A stretch of DNA of 62,949 nt, counting the filler, from Candidatus Rokuibacteriota bacterium (GTDB lineage: Bacteria; JAUVQV01; DATDCY01): the NCBI GenBank assembly GCA_031406795.1. It is 4 parts of 4 records of this genome, joined end to end, with 100 filler letters (N's around TTAATTAATTAA, not from the genome) between each part and the next. Parts side by side here need not be neighbours in the genome. Positions count along the whole stretch, not along the records: positions 21,615 to 49,276 come from JANOHV010000266.1; 3 more parts are not named here. One strand, given 5' to 3'. The notes under the pieces are model-generated. The model ran no database searches. It was not told the DNA's origin and saw only the letters and a list, made by a program, of their open reading frames with translations. Shown piece by piece: positions 27,720 to 37,369 of this stretch. The position numbers were made by a program, and so were the translations under genes. Numbering within the stretch: the stretch's first letter is position 1; the number at the start of each line of letters is the position of its first letter.

Positions 27720-28280
27720 ATGCTCGGCGCAGCGGTGATCACGGCCAGCGACCGCTCTTCGCGCGGCGAAAGGGCGGACGCCAGCGGTCCGGCCCTCGCC
27801 GCCCTGCTCGGGAGCGTCCCGATGCGGCTGGTGACGCTATTCGTGGTGCCGGACGCGGTCCGCGACATCCGCGCGGCGCTGCGGACCCTGCTGAGGGACC
27901 CGCAGGTAAAGTTGATCCTGACCACCGGAGGGACCGGCGTGACGCCGCGAGACGTGACCCCCGAGGCGACCGCCCCGCTGATCGAGCGGGCGCTCCCCGG
28001 GGTGGGGCTGGCGATGCGCTGGGGGAGTTACCGCACGACGCCCTTTGCGATGATCTCGCGCGCAATCGCCGGGTTTCACGGCGACTGCCTGATCGTGAAC
28101 ATGCCCGGCAGCCCGCGGGCGGTTGGGGAGTGCTTCGAAATCCTGCTGCCGACCTTTCGACGGCTGTTCGGCAACCAGACGGCGCCCCCTCGACCCTCCG
28201 CGGGAGAGGGCAGGGTAAGGGGCGTCCAACCACTCGACGGAGAACGCGATGGCCTTGATCGACTATCACGACATGGATGA
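27720..28280 (+). CDS. MogA/MoaB-family molybdopterin adenylyltransferase
   Basis: ITASD, DASGP, TTGGTG..PRDVTPEAT and NMPGSP motifs. Confidence 0.9.
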   Translation: MLGAAVITASDRSSRGERADASGPALAALLGSVPMRLVTLFVVPDAVRDIRAALRTLLRDPQVKLILTTGGTGVTPRDVTPEATAPLIERALPGVGLAMRWGSYRTTPFAMISRAIAGFHGDCLIVNMPGSPRAVGECFEILLPTFRRLFGNQTAPPRPSAGEGRVRGVQPLDGERDGLDRLSRHG

Positions 28281-28533
28281 ACTGAAGAACCGCAACGAGG
28301 AGAGGGTCTGGGCGGCGATGGAGGAGTTTCTGGCAGCGAACCCCGCTGTCTGCCGCTGCCGCGACTGCATCCTGGACACGGCCGCGATCACCCTCAACCG
28401 GCTGACGCCCCGGTACCAGGTCTACTCGTTCCACGAGAACAACCCGGCGGAGGATGCCGCGCACGACAAGCTCGTCAAGGAGACGGTAGCGGCATCGTCC
28501 ACCCAAGTCGCCAAGCGCCCGCACCATTTTTAG
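28249..28533 (+). CDS. ComFB-family protein
   Basis: N.NEE.V...CRCRDCILD..AITLN.L.PRY...V.KRPHH signature. Confidence 0.85.
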   Translation: MALIDYHDMDELKNRNEERVWAAMEEFLAANPAVCRCRDCILDTAAITLNRLTPRYQVYSFHENNPAEDAAHDKLVKETVAASSTQVAKRPHHF

Positions 28534-28657
28534 CAGGCAGCTGAAAAAGGCCCATCTGCGGCGTTGTCCTTCTCCCGGCTCCCTGCGGCGGGCACGAGCC
28601 CGCCTCAGTCGCCGGATCGTCGTCCGCCTTGCACCTGGACCTTTTTGAGCAGCCTGC
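28533..28657 (+). repeat. family A repeat, full copy
   Basis: GCAGGCAGCTGAAAAAGGCCCATCTGCGGCGTTG...GGCGGGC-ACGA-GCCCGCC...GCCTTGCACCTGGACCTTTTTGAGCAGCCTGC. Confidence 0.9.
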
Positions 28658-28670
28658 CCGGGAACCGTCC

Positions 28671-30107
28671 TTACTGGTTGTTCTGCTTGCGGGTGAAGTA
28701 CCTCGCCGTGTGCTCGCCGAGCTGTCTCAGGTACGGCTCGTACTTGAAGGTCGGGCTGTTTTCCGTGCTGTGGCAGCGGCGGCAGATGGCTTCCGTGACT
28801 CTGCCGCGGATCTTGCCCTTGCCGCGGTGTTCGCGCCCGAAGCCGTGGCAGGCTTCGCACTGCACGTTGCCCAGATCGGCTCCCCTCCTGTCCCCGGGGC
28901 GGTAACCGCCGCTGTCGCCGTATCCCGTGACGTGACAGCGGACGCACTCGGGATTCAGCTCCTGCCGCTTGCGCACCAGCGAGGCCAGTGCCCTGGCGTG
29001 CCTGCTCGCCGCCCACTGGCGCAGCTGCGCGGGATGGCAGGCGCCGCAGGCCGCCGCGCCGACATAGGCGGGGTTTGCCGGCGGGGGCGACGGCGGGGCG
29101 GCCGCCTGCTCGACGAGGTTGCCCGCCCGCAGCTCCTCGCGATGGCGTTCGAGGAGGGCCGACAGGACGGGGTGATCGGCAAGCGTGGTATTCAACGGTA
29201 CGAGGCTCCAGCGGTAGATACGGGCTTCACTGCCGCGGGCCTTGGCGCGAGCGGTCCACGCCCCCTCACGGCCGGGCAGAAGCTCGAGCTCGAGCCGGCC
29301 GAGCTGCATCCCCTTCGCCCCCGACTGGAGGATCATCGTCGAGCCCTCGAACCGGGGGGCGGGCGTGGCCCGGCGGTCAAAACCGCCGAGGATGAGGTCG
29401 ATCCCCGGCACTTCCCTGGCCAGGCGCGCATCCGCCTCGAGCCCGAGCTGCGAGAGGGCGATCACGAGATCGGCGGTGCGCCGCAGCCCGGCAACGGCCG
29501 CGCGTGCGGCGGGGATCGGGTCCTGAACCGTCAGCCCGCGGTCGGGAAGATCGGGCAGCCCTGGCGTCTGGACGCCCGCCAGCCCGAATATCCCGACGCG
29601 TACGCCGCCCGACTCCTCGAGGATCCAGCCTCTGAAGGGCGCCTGCCCCGCGGCGTCGAGGATGTTCGCCGAGAGCACCGGAAAGGCGGCGCTCGCGGCG
29701 ATCTTACGCAGCAGCGTCGGGGAGAGCAGCAGGTCGGCGCCGCCCAGATTCAGGGCGTCGTAGCCGATCTTGCCGAGGCCCTCGACCATCGCGGCGGTGG
29801 TCAGCTCGACGAGCGGGGCGTTGGCGGCGTCCCCGGGATTCTTGAGAAAGGTGCCGCCGGTGTCCAACAGCAGCAGGGGCGTGCCCGACGCGCGCTCACG
29901 CTCCACCCAGGTTGCTCGTCTGGGCAGCCCGCCCAGGAGATTGGAGTGTCAGCCGCAGGGCTCGAGGTAGCCGCTGACATCGCCGGTGAAAGCGATCGTC
30001 AGGCGCAACGGCTGAGGCTCGGCGGCGCGGGCGGCGGGAGTGCCGGCCGCGGCCGCGGCGAGGACTGCCAGCAACGCCGCGACAGGCAGGATTCCAGGGC
30101 ACCTCAT
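28671..30107 (-). CDS. probable selenoprotein: UshA/5'-nucleotidase-like domain (CxU) fused to a tetraheme cytochrome c domain
   Basis: ORFs 29949..30440 and 28671..29906 are in frame across TGA 29949-29951, reading GYLEPCG-U-HSNLLGGLPRR. Four CxxCH motifs at the C-terminus. Confidence 0.85.
29915..29939 (-). promoter_or_regulatory. candidate bacterial SECIS hairpin
   Basis: CTC-CTGGGC-GGGCT-GCCCAG-AC-GAG. The G-starting loop begins 19 nt after the UGA. Confidence 0.6.
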
Positions 30108-30988
30108 CGGTCGTTCTCCTGAGTTGCGGGCGGCTCCGGCAGGGGTTGGCCGAGCCGTTGCATGATCAGCTGCAGGTCTTTCCAGGCCGGACCCTTGTCG
30201 GCCGGGGTGCGCAACAGGTACGAGGGGTGGAAGGTCGGCAGCAACGGCGTGCCGCGGTAATCGAAGAAGCGCCCGCGCAACCGGCTGAGGGAGTCCTTGC
30301 GCTCCAGCAGCGCCTGAGTCGCGTGTTTGCCGAGTGAACAGATGACCGCCGGGCGGATCAACGCGATCTGGGCGCGCAGATACGGCAGGCAGGCGGCCAC
30401 CTCGTGCTCCTGCGGATCCCGGTTGCCGGGCGGGCGGCACTTCAGAACGTTGGCGATGAAGACCTGGTCGCGCGTGAAACCCATCGCCACGATCATCTTG
30501 TCGAGGAGTTGGCCGGCGGCGCCGATGAAAGGGCGGCCGAGCCGGTCCTCGTCCGCCCCGGGCGCCTCACCGACGAACATCAGGCGCGCCCGGACGTCGC
30601 CTTCGCCGGGCACGGTGCGCGCGCGCGTCGCGTGCAGCGGACACTTCGTGCAGGTGCTGACGGCTTGCGCGATCTGTTCCAGCGAACTCCACGGGCCGGC
30701 CTCTTCGTGCGCCGGGCCGCCGGACGTGGCTGCCGTCGCCGGGGGCGAAGGGGACGTGAGGCGTTGTGCTGCCGGCGCCTGCGAAGTTCGGGGTGCCGGA
30801 CGTCCGGTCGGCACCGGCGGGCGAGAGGAAGCGGCCGGCTTGCGGACGGGAGCCCGGGCAGATTCCGCCGCCGCCGTTCTCGGCGGCTCGAACCCCGGCC
30901 AACGGCTCTCGCGGAGCTGACCGAGCAGTTCTCGCGCCTGCCGGGCGATTTCCGCGATCCGGACGTGCGGACCGGGCGGGGTGCTCAC
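30104..30988 (-). CDS. family 4 uracil-DNA glycosylase (4Fe-4S)
   Basis: CTKCPL, GEAPG, KCRPPGNRDP and FHPSYLLR motifs. Confidence 0.92.
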   Translation of the reverse strand: MSTPPGPHVRIAEIARQARELLGQLRESRWPGFEPPRTAAAESARAPVRKPAASSRPPVPTGRPAPRTSQAPAAQRLTSPSPPATAATSGGPAHEEAGPWSSLEQIAQAVSTCTKCPLHATRARTVPGEGDVRARLMFVGEAPGADEDRLGRPFIGAAGQLLDKMIVAMGFTRDQVFIANVLKCRPPGNRDPQEHEVAACLPYLRAQIALIRPAVICSLGKHATQALLERKDSLSRLRGRFFDYRGTPLLPTFHPSYLLRTPADKGPAWKDLQLIMQRLGQPLPEPPATQENDR

Positions 30989-32196
30989 CCGACCTCTCGC
31001 CGCCCGAGCGCGGCGACAACTTCGTCGAGGATGCGCTCCGCGACCCGGTCCTTCGACCCGAGCGGCACCGCGATGCTGCGGCCGTCGCGGGTGAAAATTT
31101 CCACCTGGTTGGTGTCGACGTCGAAACCGGCGCCCGGCAGCGTCACGTCGTTGGCGACTACGAGATCGAGGTTCTTGTCCGTAAGCTTGCGCCGGGCGGC
31201 GGCGGCCGGATCGCCCGTCTCCGCCGCGAAGCCGACGAGCACCTGCCGGCCGCGCCGGGCGCCGAGTTCGGCGAGGATGTCCGGCGTGGCTTCGAACTCG
31301 ACGACGAGCGGTCCGCCCCCGGCCTTCTTGATCTTCGCGGTCCGGGGCGCGCTCGGGCGATAGTCGGCCACGGCCGCGGCCATGACGACGACGTCGGCCG
31401 CGTCAACGTGCGCGAGGACCGCCTGGCGCATCTGCTCGGCGCTGACGATGGCGATCACGTCGACACCGGCCGGCGCGGGCAGCGCGATCGGACCGGCGAT
31501 CAGGGTGACCTGCGCGCCGCGGTCGCGGGCGGCAGCGGCAACGGCCAGACCCATCTTCCCTGAGGAGCGATTGGACAAGTAGCGCACCGGGTCGAGCGCT
31601 TCGCGCGTCGGCCCCGCGGTGACCAGCACCCGCCGGCCGGCGAGGTCGCGGGCCTTCAGGAGCAGTTCGCGCACGCGCGCGTGGATGGTCTCGACCGCGG
31701 CGAGCCGCCCGTAGCCGGCTTCCTCGGCGGCGAGCGCGCCGCTCTCGGCGGGCACCACGAGCACGCCGCGAGCGACGAGGGTCGCCAGGTTCGCGCGCGT
31801 CGCGGGGTGCAGGATCATCCTCGTGTTCATCGACGGCGCGACCAGCACCGGCGCGGTCACGGCGAGCAGGAGCGTCCCGAGCAGGTCGTCGGCGATCCCG
31901 GCGGCCATCTTCGCCAGCGTGTTCGCGGTGGCCGGGGCCACGATCGCCAGTTCGGCGGTGTGCGCGAGCGCCAGGTGCTCGATCGGCATTCCCGGACTGC
32001 AGGCCCAGAGATCGTCGGCCACCGGCCGCCCCGAAAGCGCCTGGAACGTCGCCGGCCCGACGAAGCGCTTCGCGTTTTCGGTCATGACGACGGTGACGTC
32101 CGCGCCGTCCTTCTTCAGCAGGCGCAGCAGTTCGACCGCCTTGTACGCGGCGATGCCGCCGGTGACGCCGAGCAGGATGGCACGATTCTCGAGCAT
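30985..32196 (-). CDS. coaBC: phosphopantothenoylcysteine decarboxylase/ligase
   Basis: GVTGGIAAYK, PSMN, TAGPTREALDPVRYLSNRSSGKMG and GFAAET motifs. Confidence 0.95.
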   Translation of the reverse strand: MLENRAILLGVTGGIAAYKAVELLRLLKKDGADVTVVMTENAKRFVGPATFQALSGRPVADDLWACSPGMPIEHLALAHTAELAIVAPATANTLAKMAAGIADDLLGTLLLAVTAPVLVAPSMNTRMILHPATRANLATLVARGVLVVPAESGALAAEEAGYGRLAAVETIHARVRELLLKARDLAGRRVLVTAGPTREALDPVRYLSNRSSGKMGLAVAAAARDRGAQVTLIAGPIALPAPAGVDVIAIVSAEQMRQAVLAHVDAADVVVMAAAVADYRPSAPRTAKIKKAGGGPLVVEFEATPDILAELGARRGRQVLVGFAAETGDPAAAARRKLTDKNLDLVVANDVTLPGAGFDVDTNQVEIFTRDGRSIAVPLGSKDRVAERILDEVVAALGRREVG

Positions 32197-32253
32197 GCGC
32201 TCATTATACGCGCAGCCGGCGCGGGCGGGCAATCAGGCCGTCGCTGGGGAGGG

Positions 32254-32517
32254 CTATTCGGACGCTGCTTTGTCGGCGTGAGCCGAGAGGCGTTGGGAGA
32301 TCGTCTCCCCCTGGACCGCGGAGAGAATCACGTGATTCGAATCGGTGACGATGATCGAGCGCGTCCGCCGTCCCTGCGTCGCGTCGACGAGCCGTCCGTC
32401 TTCGCTCGCGTCGTCCTTGAGGCGCCGCGCGGGGGAGGATCCCGGGTGAACCACCGCCACGACGCGCGCGGCGGCCACGACATTGCCGAAGCCGATGTTG
32501 ACGAGTGAGATCGCCAC
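32254..32517 (-). CDS. remA: RemA/DUF370 family protein
   Basis: [18 protein letters not shown] and [11 protein letters not shown] motifs. Confidence 0.88.
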   Translation of the reverse strand: MAISLVNIGFGNVVAAARVVAVVHPGSSPARRLKDDASEDGRLVDATQGRRTRSIIVTDSNHVILSAVQGETISQRLSAHADKAASE

Positions 32518-32531
32518 GGGCGTGAGCGCCG

Positions 32532-32963
32532 TCAGTCCGCGTGGGGGATGATCTCGCGGATCGCCTCGGTGATCTGGTTGATCTTGAAGGGTTTGTCGAT
32601 CACCGCGCGAACGCCGAGCGAACGGGCCTCTTCGATGACCGCCTTGAGCGTCTTGCCGTAGCCGGTGATCATGACCACCGCGCTCCCGGGGGCCGCCTGC
32701 CCGAGCTTGACGAACGTCTCGAGCCCGTTCATCCCCGGCATGTTCACGTCGAGGAAGACGATGTCGTAGTGCGACTCCTTCGCCTTGCTCAGCGCCTCCT
32801 CGCCGGAGTTCGCCGTCTCGGTGCGGTAGCCCTCGGCGGAGAGCAGCCGGCGCATCGCGAGGGTGAGGTTCATCTCGTCGTCGACGACGAGTACGGTGAT
32901 CTCGGAGCGCTTCTTCGGTTCCGCCTGCTTGGGTGCCGCGGCCGCCTTCGGTTTTCTTCCCAT
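32532..32963 (-). CDS. single-domain response regulator
   Basis: [22 protein letters not shown] and KPF motifs. Confidence 0.92.
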   Translation of the reverse strand: MGRKPKAAAAPKQAEPKKRSEITVLVVDDEMNLTLAMRRLLSAEGYRTETANSGEEALSKAKESHYDIVFLDVNMPGMNGLETFVKLGQAAPGSAVVMITGYGKTLKAVIEEARSLGVRAVIDKPFKINQITEAIREIIPHAD

Positions 32964-33001
32964 CACATTCCTCCTTGCGTGTCGCCGGTCGGGCGGCACT
33001 C

Positions 33002-33880
33002 CTACTCCAGATTCTGGACCTGCTCCCGCACTTTTTCCAGTTCAAGCTTCCCGCGGATCGCCAGGTGCGCGAGCGCGCCCGTGTTCGCCTTTGCCGCTGC
33101 CGTGTTCAACTCACGGTGCATCTCCTGGAGAAGAAAGTCCATCTGTCTCCCGGCCGGGCCGCCTGCCGCGAGCGCCGCGGCGCAGGCTTCGAGATGGCCG
33201 CCGAAGCGGGTCAACTCCTCGGTGATGTCGCTCTTCATCGCCAGCAGCGCCGCCTCCTGCTCGATCCGTTCGGGGGCCAGTCGGCCGGAGCCGAAGAGTT
33301 CGTCCGCGCGGGCCGTGATCGTCTCCTTGAGCTGGCGCGCGACCGCCGGGGCGAGCGCGAGCATCTTCGCGTGCACGTCGCCCAACTCCCGGAGCGCCGC
33401 CGCCAACACGGCCGTCAGCGCCGCGCCCTCGCGCTGCCGTGCGATCGCGAGCTGGTCCAGCGCCGCGGTGAAAGCCGCCAGCGTGCCCGCATGCAGCTCC
33501 TCGAGGTCGTCCGGCGCCGCCTCGAAGCGGAAGATCTCGCGGAACTGCGAGAGCGTCGCGAGGTCGAACCGATTGTCGACGCCGAGTCGGGCGGCGGCCG
33601 CGGCAAACCCCGTGGCCGCCTGCGCGAGCAGCGCCTCGTCGACCACGAACCGCCGCGCCGCGCCGTCCTGCCGCTCGAGCTGGACGGTCGCATCGACCGC
33701 GCCGCGGCCGAAGCGGTCCCGCAGCGCCGCGCGCATCTCCTGTTCCCTGGCATTCAGCTCGCGGGGGATGCGGAGCTTGACCTCGAGAAATCGATGATTG
33801 ACGCTCTTGATCTCGACTCCGACCTGGTACCGCTCGCTGCGGTACTCCCCGCGACCGTAGCCAGTCATGCTTTCCGCCAT
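33002..33880 (-). CDS. yicC: YicC/YloC-family endoribonuclease
   Basis: [40 protein letters not shown] and EQVQNLE motifs. Confidence 0.92.
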   Translation of the reverse strand: MAESMTGYGRGEYRSERYQVGVEIKSVNHRFLEVKLRIPRELNAREQEMRAALRDRFGRGAVDATVQLERQDGAARRFVVDEALLAQAATGFAAAAARLGVDNRFDLATLSQFREIFRFEAAPDDLEELHAGTLAAFTAALDQLAIARQREGAALTAVLAAALRELGDVHAKMLALAPAVARQLKETITARADELFGSGRLAPERIEQEAALLAMKSDITEELTRFGGHLEACAAALAAGGPAGRQMDFLLQEMHRELNTAAAKANTGALAHLAIRGKLELEKVREQVQNLE

Positions 33881-33946
33881 GACCATCTCCGGTGTTTGGG
33901 GAATCCTAGGTGCGACGCGCCCGAATGTCAACGGATATTCCGCCGT

Positions 33947-34140
33947 CCAAATCCGCGCGTAACGGGCGGATCAGTTGAGGCAGGCTTGTTGCCTGGTCTT
34001 GTTTTTCGGGTGTTGTGGCTCATGCCGGACTGCGTTGCTCGCTCCAGGCGTTGCTTGACCGCTGTACCCTGCTCTTCGTGAGCGAAATAGGCTTTCCCCG
34101 GTGAGTTGAGATGCCTGCTGTTCTTCCGCCGCGGTTTGAC
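33947..34140. repeat. family B ~200-nt repeat, copy 1 (right end degenerate)
   Basis: Colinear with 44725-44932: CCAAATCCGCGCG.AACG.GCGGATCAG, CAGGCTTGT..CCTGGTC, GCTCAT, TGCTTGA and GTTGA.ATGC. Confidence 0.75.
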
Positions 34141-34186
34141 TCACCCCTGCGCATGGCCTAGCATGGCGCGGGAAACGGGAAGAATC

Positions 34187-35893
34187 ATGGAAGCCATCGT
34201 CCTCAAGGCTGTGGCGCGTGAACTGGCGAACGACCTGCCCGCGCGCGTCCAGGCCGTCCAGCAGCCGTCGGCCCGGGAACTCGTGTTCCTGCTGCGCGGC
34301 GCGGCCGAGCGCCGGTTGCTGATCTCGACCGACCCCGAGGCGCCGCGGCTTCACCTGCTCGAGGCGCGCCCGGCATTCCTGCCGTCGCCGACCGCGTTCT
34401 GCCGGCTGCTGCGCAAGCGCCTGGAGGGCCGGGTGTTGGTGCGGCTCGAGTGTCCCGGCGTGGAGCGCTCCGTTACGCTGGCGTTCGCGGCCCCGCGCGG
34501 CGCCGCGGCCGATCTGCTGCTGATCGCCGAACTGATGGGCAAGCACAGCAATCTGATTCTGCTGGAGGCCGCCACCGGCCTTGTCATCGATTCCCTGCAG
34601 CACGTCGCCCCGCCGATGAGCCGGGTGCGGACCGTGCTTCCGGGGCTCCCTTACACGCCGCCGCCGGCGTCCGGCCGGGTGGCCCTCGATGTCCTCGACG
34701 CGCCCGCATTCGCGGCAATCTGGCGGGAAACCGGCGGGGAACCCGAAGCCCTCTTCCGCCGCGTCCTCGGACTCGGTCCCGGGATGCTGGCGCTCGCGGT
34801 TGCCCACGCGCGTTCCGCACCGGGATTTGGCGACGACCCGGGGTCCGCCGTGCACGCCGCGCTTCGCGAATGCGCGGCGCGGGTGGCGGGCGGCGCCAGC
34901 CAGCCGGTCTTCTACCCCGATCGCGGGGTGCTGCTTCCGCTCCCCGTCCCCGGGTGGGAATCCGAGCCTCAGGTTTCGGCAGCAACCATGAGCGCGGCAG
35001 CGGCAGCGTTCTACGCGCAGCGGATCGGCCGCCGCGCCGCCGATCGCCGCCGCAACCAGATCAGCCGCGAACTGGGTCGGCGTCTGAAGCGACTGGCGGC
35101 TGAAGAATCGCTGCGCGTCGAGGAGGCGGCCGCCGACGGCGCGGCGGCTTTTCTGCAGGCCGCGGCGGGGGCGCTCCAGAGCGCGGCCGCAACGGTGCCG
35201 AAAGGCGCAACCGTGTTCGTGTTCGACGATCCGCGCACCGGCAGCGGCAGGGAGGTGCCGCTCGATCCGGCGCTCGGGCCGCGTCAGAATGCCGAAGCGC
35301 TGTTCCGCCGCGCGCGCAAGATCCGCCGCCGCTCGGTTCTGGCTGCGCAGAAACTGCCGTCGATCATCGCCCGGCGGCGGCTCCTCGAGGAGGAATCGGC
35401 ACTGGTTTCCGTCCTGCCGCCGGAGGCGCTTCTGGAGCGGTTGCCGTCCCCGGTCGCCGGGTCCGGGAAGCGGGCCGCGGCAGCGGAGCAGACCACGCGG
35501 CCGGTGAAGACGCCTGCCGGCATCAGAGAGTACCGCTCGCCGGAGGGCTGGCGGATCCTCGTCGGAAAAAGCGACGCCGGCAACGACCAGCTGACGGGGC
35601 GGATTGCCGCGCCGGATGATTTCTGGTTCCATGTCCGGGACTATCCGGGCGCGCACGTGGTTCTGAAGGGCGCGGGCGCACAGCCGCCGGATGAGGCGAT
35701 ACGTGCCGCCGGCGCGGTGGCGGCCTGGCACAGCGGCGCCCGCACGGAGCGGCAGGTCGACGTGGCCTACACGAGGAGGAGGAACGTGCGCAAGGTGAAG
35801 GGCGGCCCGGCCGGGAAAGTGACCCTCGGCGAGTCGGCGACGGTGCGGGTGTGCCCCGGGGTGCCCGCGACCGTTCAGGAGTCACCGGCGTGA
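34187..35893 (+). CDS. rqcH: NFACT/FbpA-family ribosome quality-control protein
   Basis: FCRLLRKRL, ELMGKHSN, NA..LF...RK, GKS...ND.LT, FWFH..DYPGAHV and VDVAYT motifs. Confidence 0.85.
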   Translation: MEAIVLKAVARELANDLPARVQAVQQPSARELVFLLRGAAERRLLISTDPEAPRLHLLEARPAFLPSPTAFCRLLRKRLEGRVLVRLECPGVERSVTLAFAAPRGAAADLLLIAELMGKHSNLILLEAATGLVIDSLQHVAPPMSRVRTVLPGLPYTPPPASGRVALDVLDAPAFAAIWRETGGEPEALFRRVLGLGPGMLALAVAHARSAPGFGDDPGSAVHAALRECAARVAGGASQPVFYPDRGVLLPLPVPGWESEPQVSAATMSAAAAAFYAQRIGRRAADRRRNQISRELGRRLKRLAAEESLRVEEAAADGAAAFLQAAAGALQSAAATVPKGATVFVFDDPRTGSGREVPLDPALGPRQNAEALFRRARKIRRRSVLAAQKLPSIIARRRLLEEESALVSVLPPEALLERLPSPVAGSGKRAAAAEQTTRPVKTPAGIREYRSPEGWRILVGKSDAGNDQLTGRIAAPDDFWFHVRDYPGAHVVLKGAGAQPPDEAIRAAGAVAAWHSGARTERQVDVAYTRRRNVRKVKGGPAGKVTLGESATVRVCPGVPATVQESPA

Positions 35894-35915
35894 GGGCGGT
35901 CGCGGTGCACGCCTG

Positions 35916-37349
35916 ATGCGCAAGACGCTGCTGTACCTGGCCGCTCTTGCCGTTGCCGCTGTGGTGGTCTTTCTCGCGACCTATCTGCTGGGACGGCATC
36001 CGTCCCTCGAGGCCGAACTCGAGCGGCTGACATCACCGCGGGCCGCGCCCGACTCCGGCAAGTCAAGGGGCATTCCGTCGCTTCAACTCCCCGAAACGCC
36101 ACCGGAAGCGCCGGTTGCGCCGCCGGATCCGGGCGGAGAACCCCTCGGCGCGGGGATTCTGGTGAACCGCTCGCCGCTCGAGCCCGCGGGAATGGTGATT
36201 GTCGCCGACGTGCCGGCGCTGGCCTCCGCTTCCCGGGATGAAACGGCCTCTTTCGCGGGCGGGCTCGCGGCATTCCTCTCGCGGCCACCGGCCGGCCTGC
36301 GGGTCGGCTTGCGCGCCCTCGCCGGGGCTGCGGGCCAATGCGGCACCACCGATGCCCTGTCGGGTCTGGGGCAGGGCGGGGGCGCCGGGCTCGCGACTGC
36401 ACTCGATCCCGCATCCGGGCTCGGCCTCGGGCCGCGAAACCCCGCGGGTGCCGTGCGGGCCGCCGCGGAGGATCTCGCGTCCGTCCCGGGGGAGCATTGT
36501 CTGGTCATCGTTGCCGGGGGCGAGGAGGGGTGCGGCGCCGACCTGTGCGGCGCCGACGCGCCACCCGGCGGCCCCGCACAACGCATTCATGTGCTGCTGC
36601 TCGCTGCCCGACCGCAGCCAGGTACGGACCCCGGGATGCCGGACGCCGGTTCCGCCGGCACGCCACCGCCGGTGTTCGAACCTTCCTGGGCCGTGCCGTA
36701 CCGGTGCCTTGCGGACCGCAGCGGCGGCACGGTGACCGCAGCGACTTCGCCGGCCGAACTCGAAGCCGCCCTGCGTCGGATCGCCGGCACGCTCGAGTCC
36801 GCGATCGTCGTCAAGGCGTTCCACTACACGGGCCAGGAGATCAGGGGGATCTCCCCGGGGGGCGATGTCGGCTGGGGAGCGACGCTGCGGTCGGGAGTCG
36901 GGACCAGAGCCGGCTCCCCGACGTTCGAGTCGGATCTCTTTCCGACGGCCTTCGCCGTCTCCCCCGGCGTGCACGTGGTCAAGGCGCGGTATGCGGGGCA
37001 GGAGCGGACCGCCGCCGTCGCGGTGGCGGCCGGGGAGCGCGCCGAGGTGCGCATCACCTTCGCGACCGGAGAGTTGTTCCTGCAGGCGCTCGATGCGGCG
37101 GGCCGGGAGATCGTCGGCGACAGTTCGGGGTTCCGCTGCGCCTGGGGCGCCGACATTCTCCCGGGAGGCAGCGAGGAGCCCGGGGCAGTGGCGAGCACCT
37201 GCACCTTTCCGGCCCGCCTGGAACTGGCCCCGGGGACCTATCGGATTCGCGCCCGGTGGAAGGGGGTCGAGAGAGTCATCGAAGAGGTGACCGTCGAGGC
37301 GGGTGCGAGCACCGTGCGCGCCGTCTCGTTCGGCAAAGACGACAACTAG
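35916..37349 (+). CDS. membrane-anchored protein with degenerate VWA-like domain
   Basis: N-terminal TM segment. VGLRAL and LVIVAGGEEGCGADLC resemble the VWA TDGEETCG motif. Beta-rich C-terminal repeats. Confidence 0.6.
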   Translation: MRKTLLYLAALAVAAVVVFLATYLLGRHPSLEAELERLTSPRAAPDSGKSRGIPSLQLPETPPEAPVAPPDPGGEPLGAGILVNRSPLEPAGMVIVADVPALASASRDETASFAGGLAAFLSRPPAGLRVGLRALAGAAGQCGTTDALSGLGQGGGAGLATALDPASGLGLGPRNPAGAVRAAAEDLASVPGEHCLVIVAGGEEGCGADLCGADAPPGGPAQRIHVLLLAARPQPGTDPGMPDAGSAGTPPPVFEPSWAVPYRCLADRSGGTVTAATSPAELEAALRRIAGTLESAIVVKAFHYTGQEIRGISPGGDVGWGATLRSGVGTRAGSPTFESDLFPTAFAVSPGVHVVKARYAGQERTAAVAVAAGERAEVRITFATGELFLQALDAAGREIVGDSSGFRCAWGADILPGGSEEPGAVASTCTFPARLELAPGTYRIRARWKGVERVIEEVTVEAGASTVRAVSFGKDDN

Positions 37350-37369
37350 GCGTGCGGGAAGGAGCCGAC

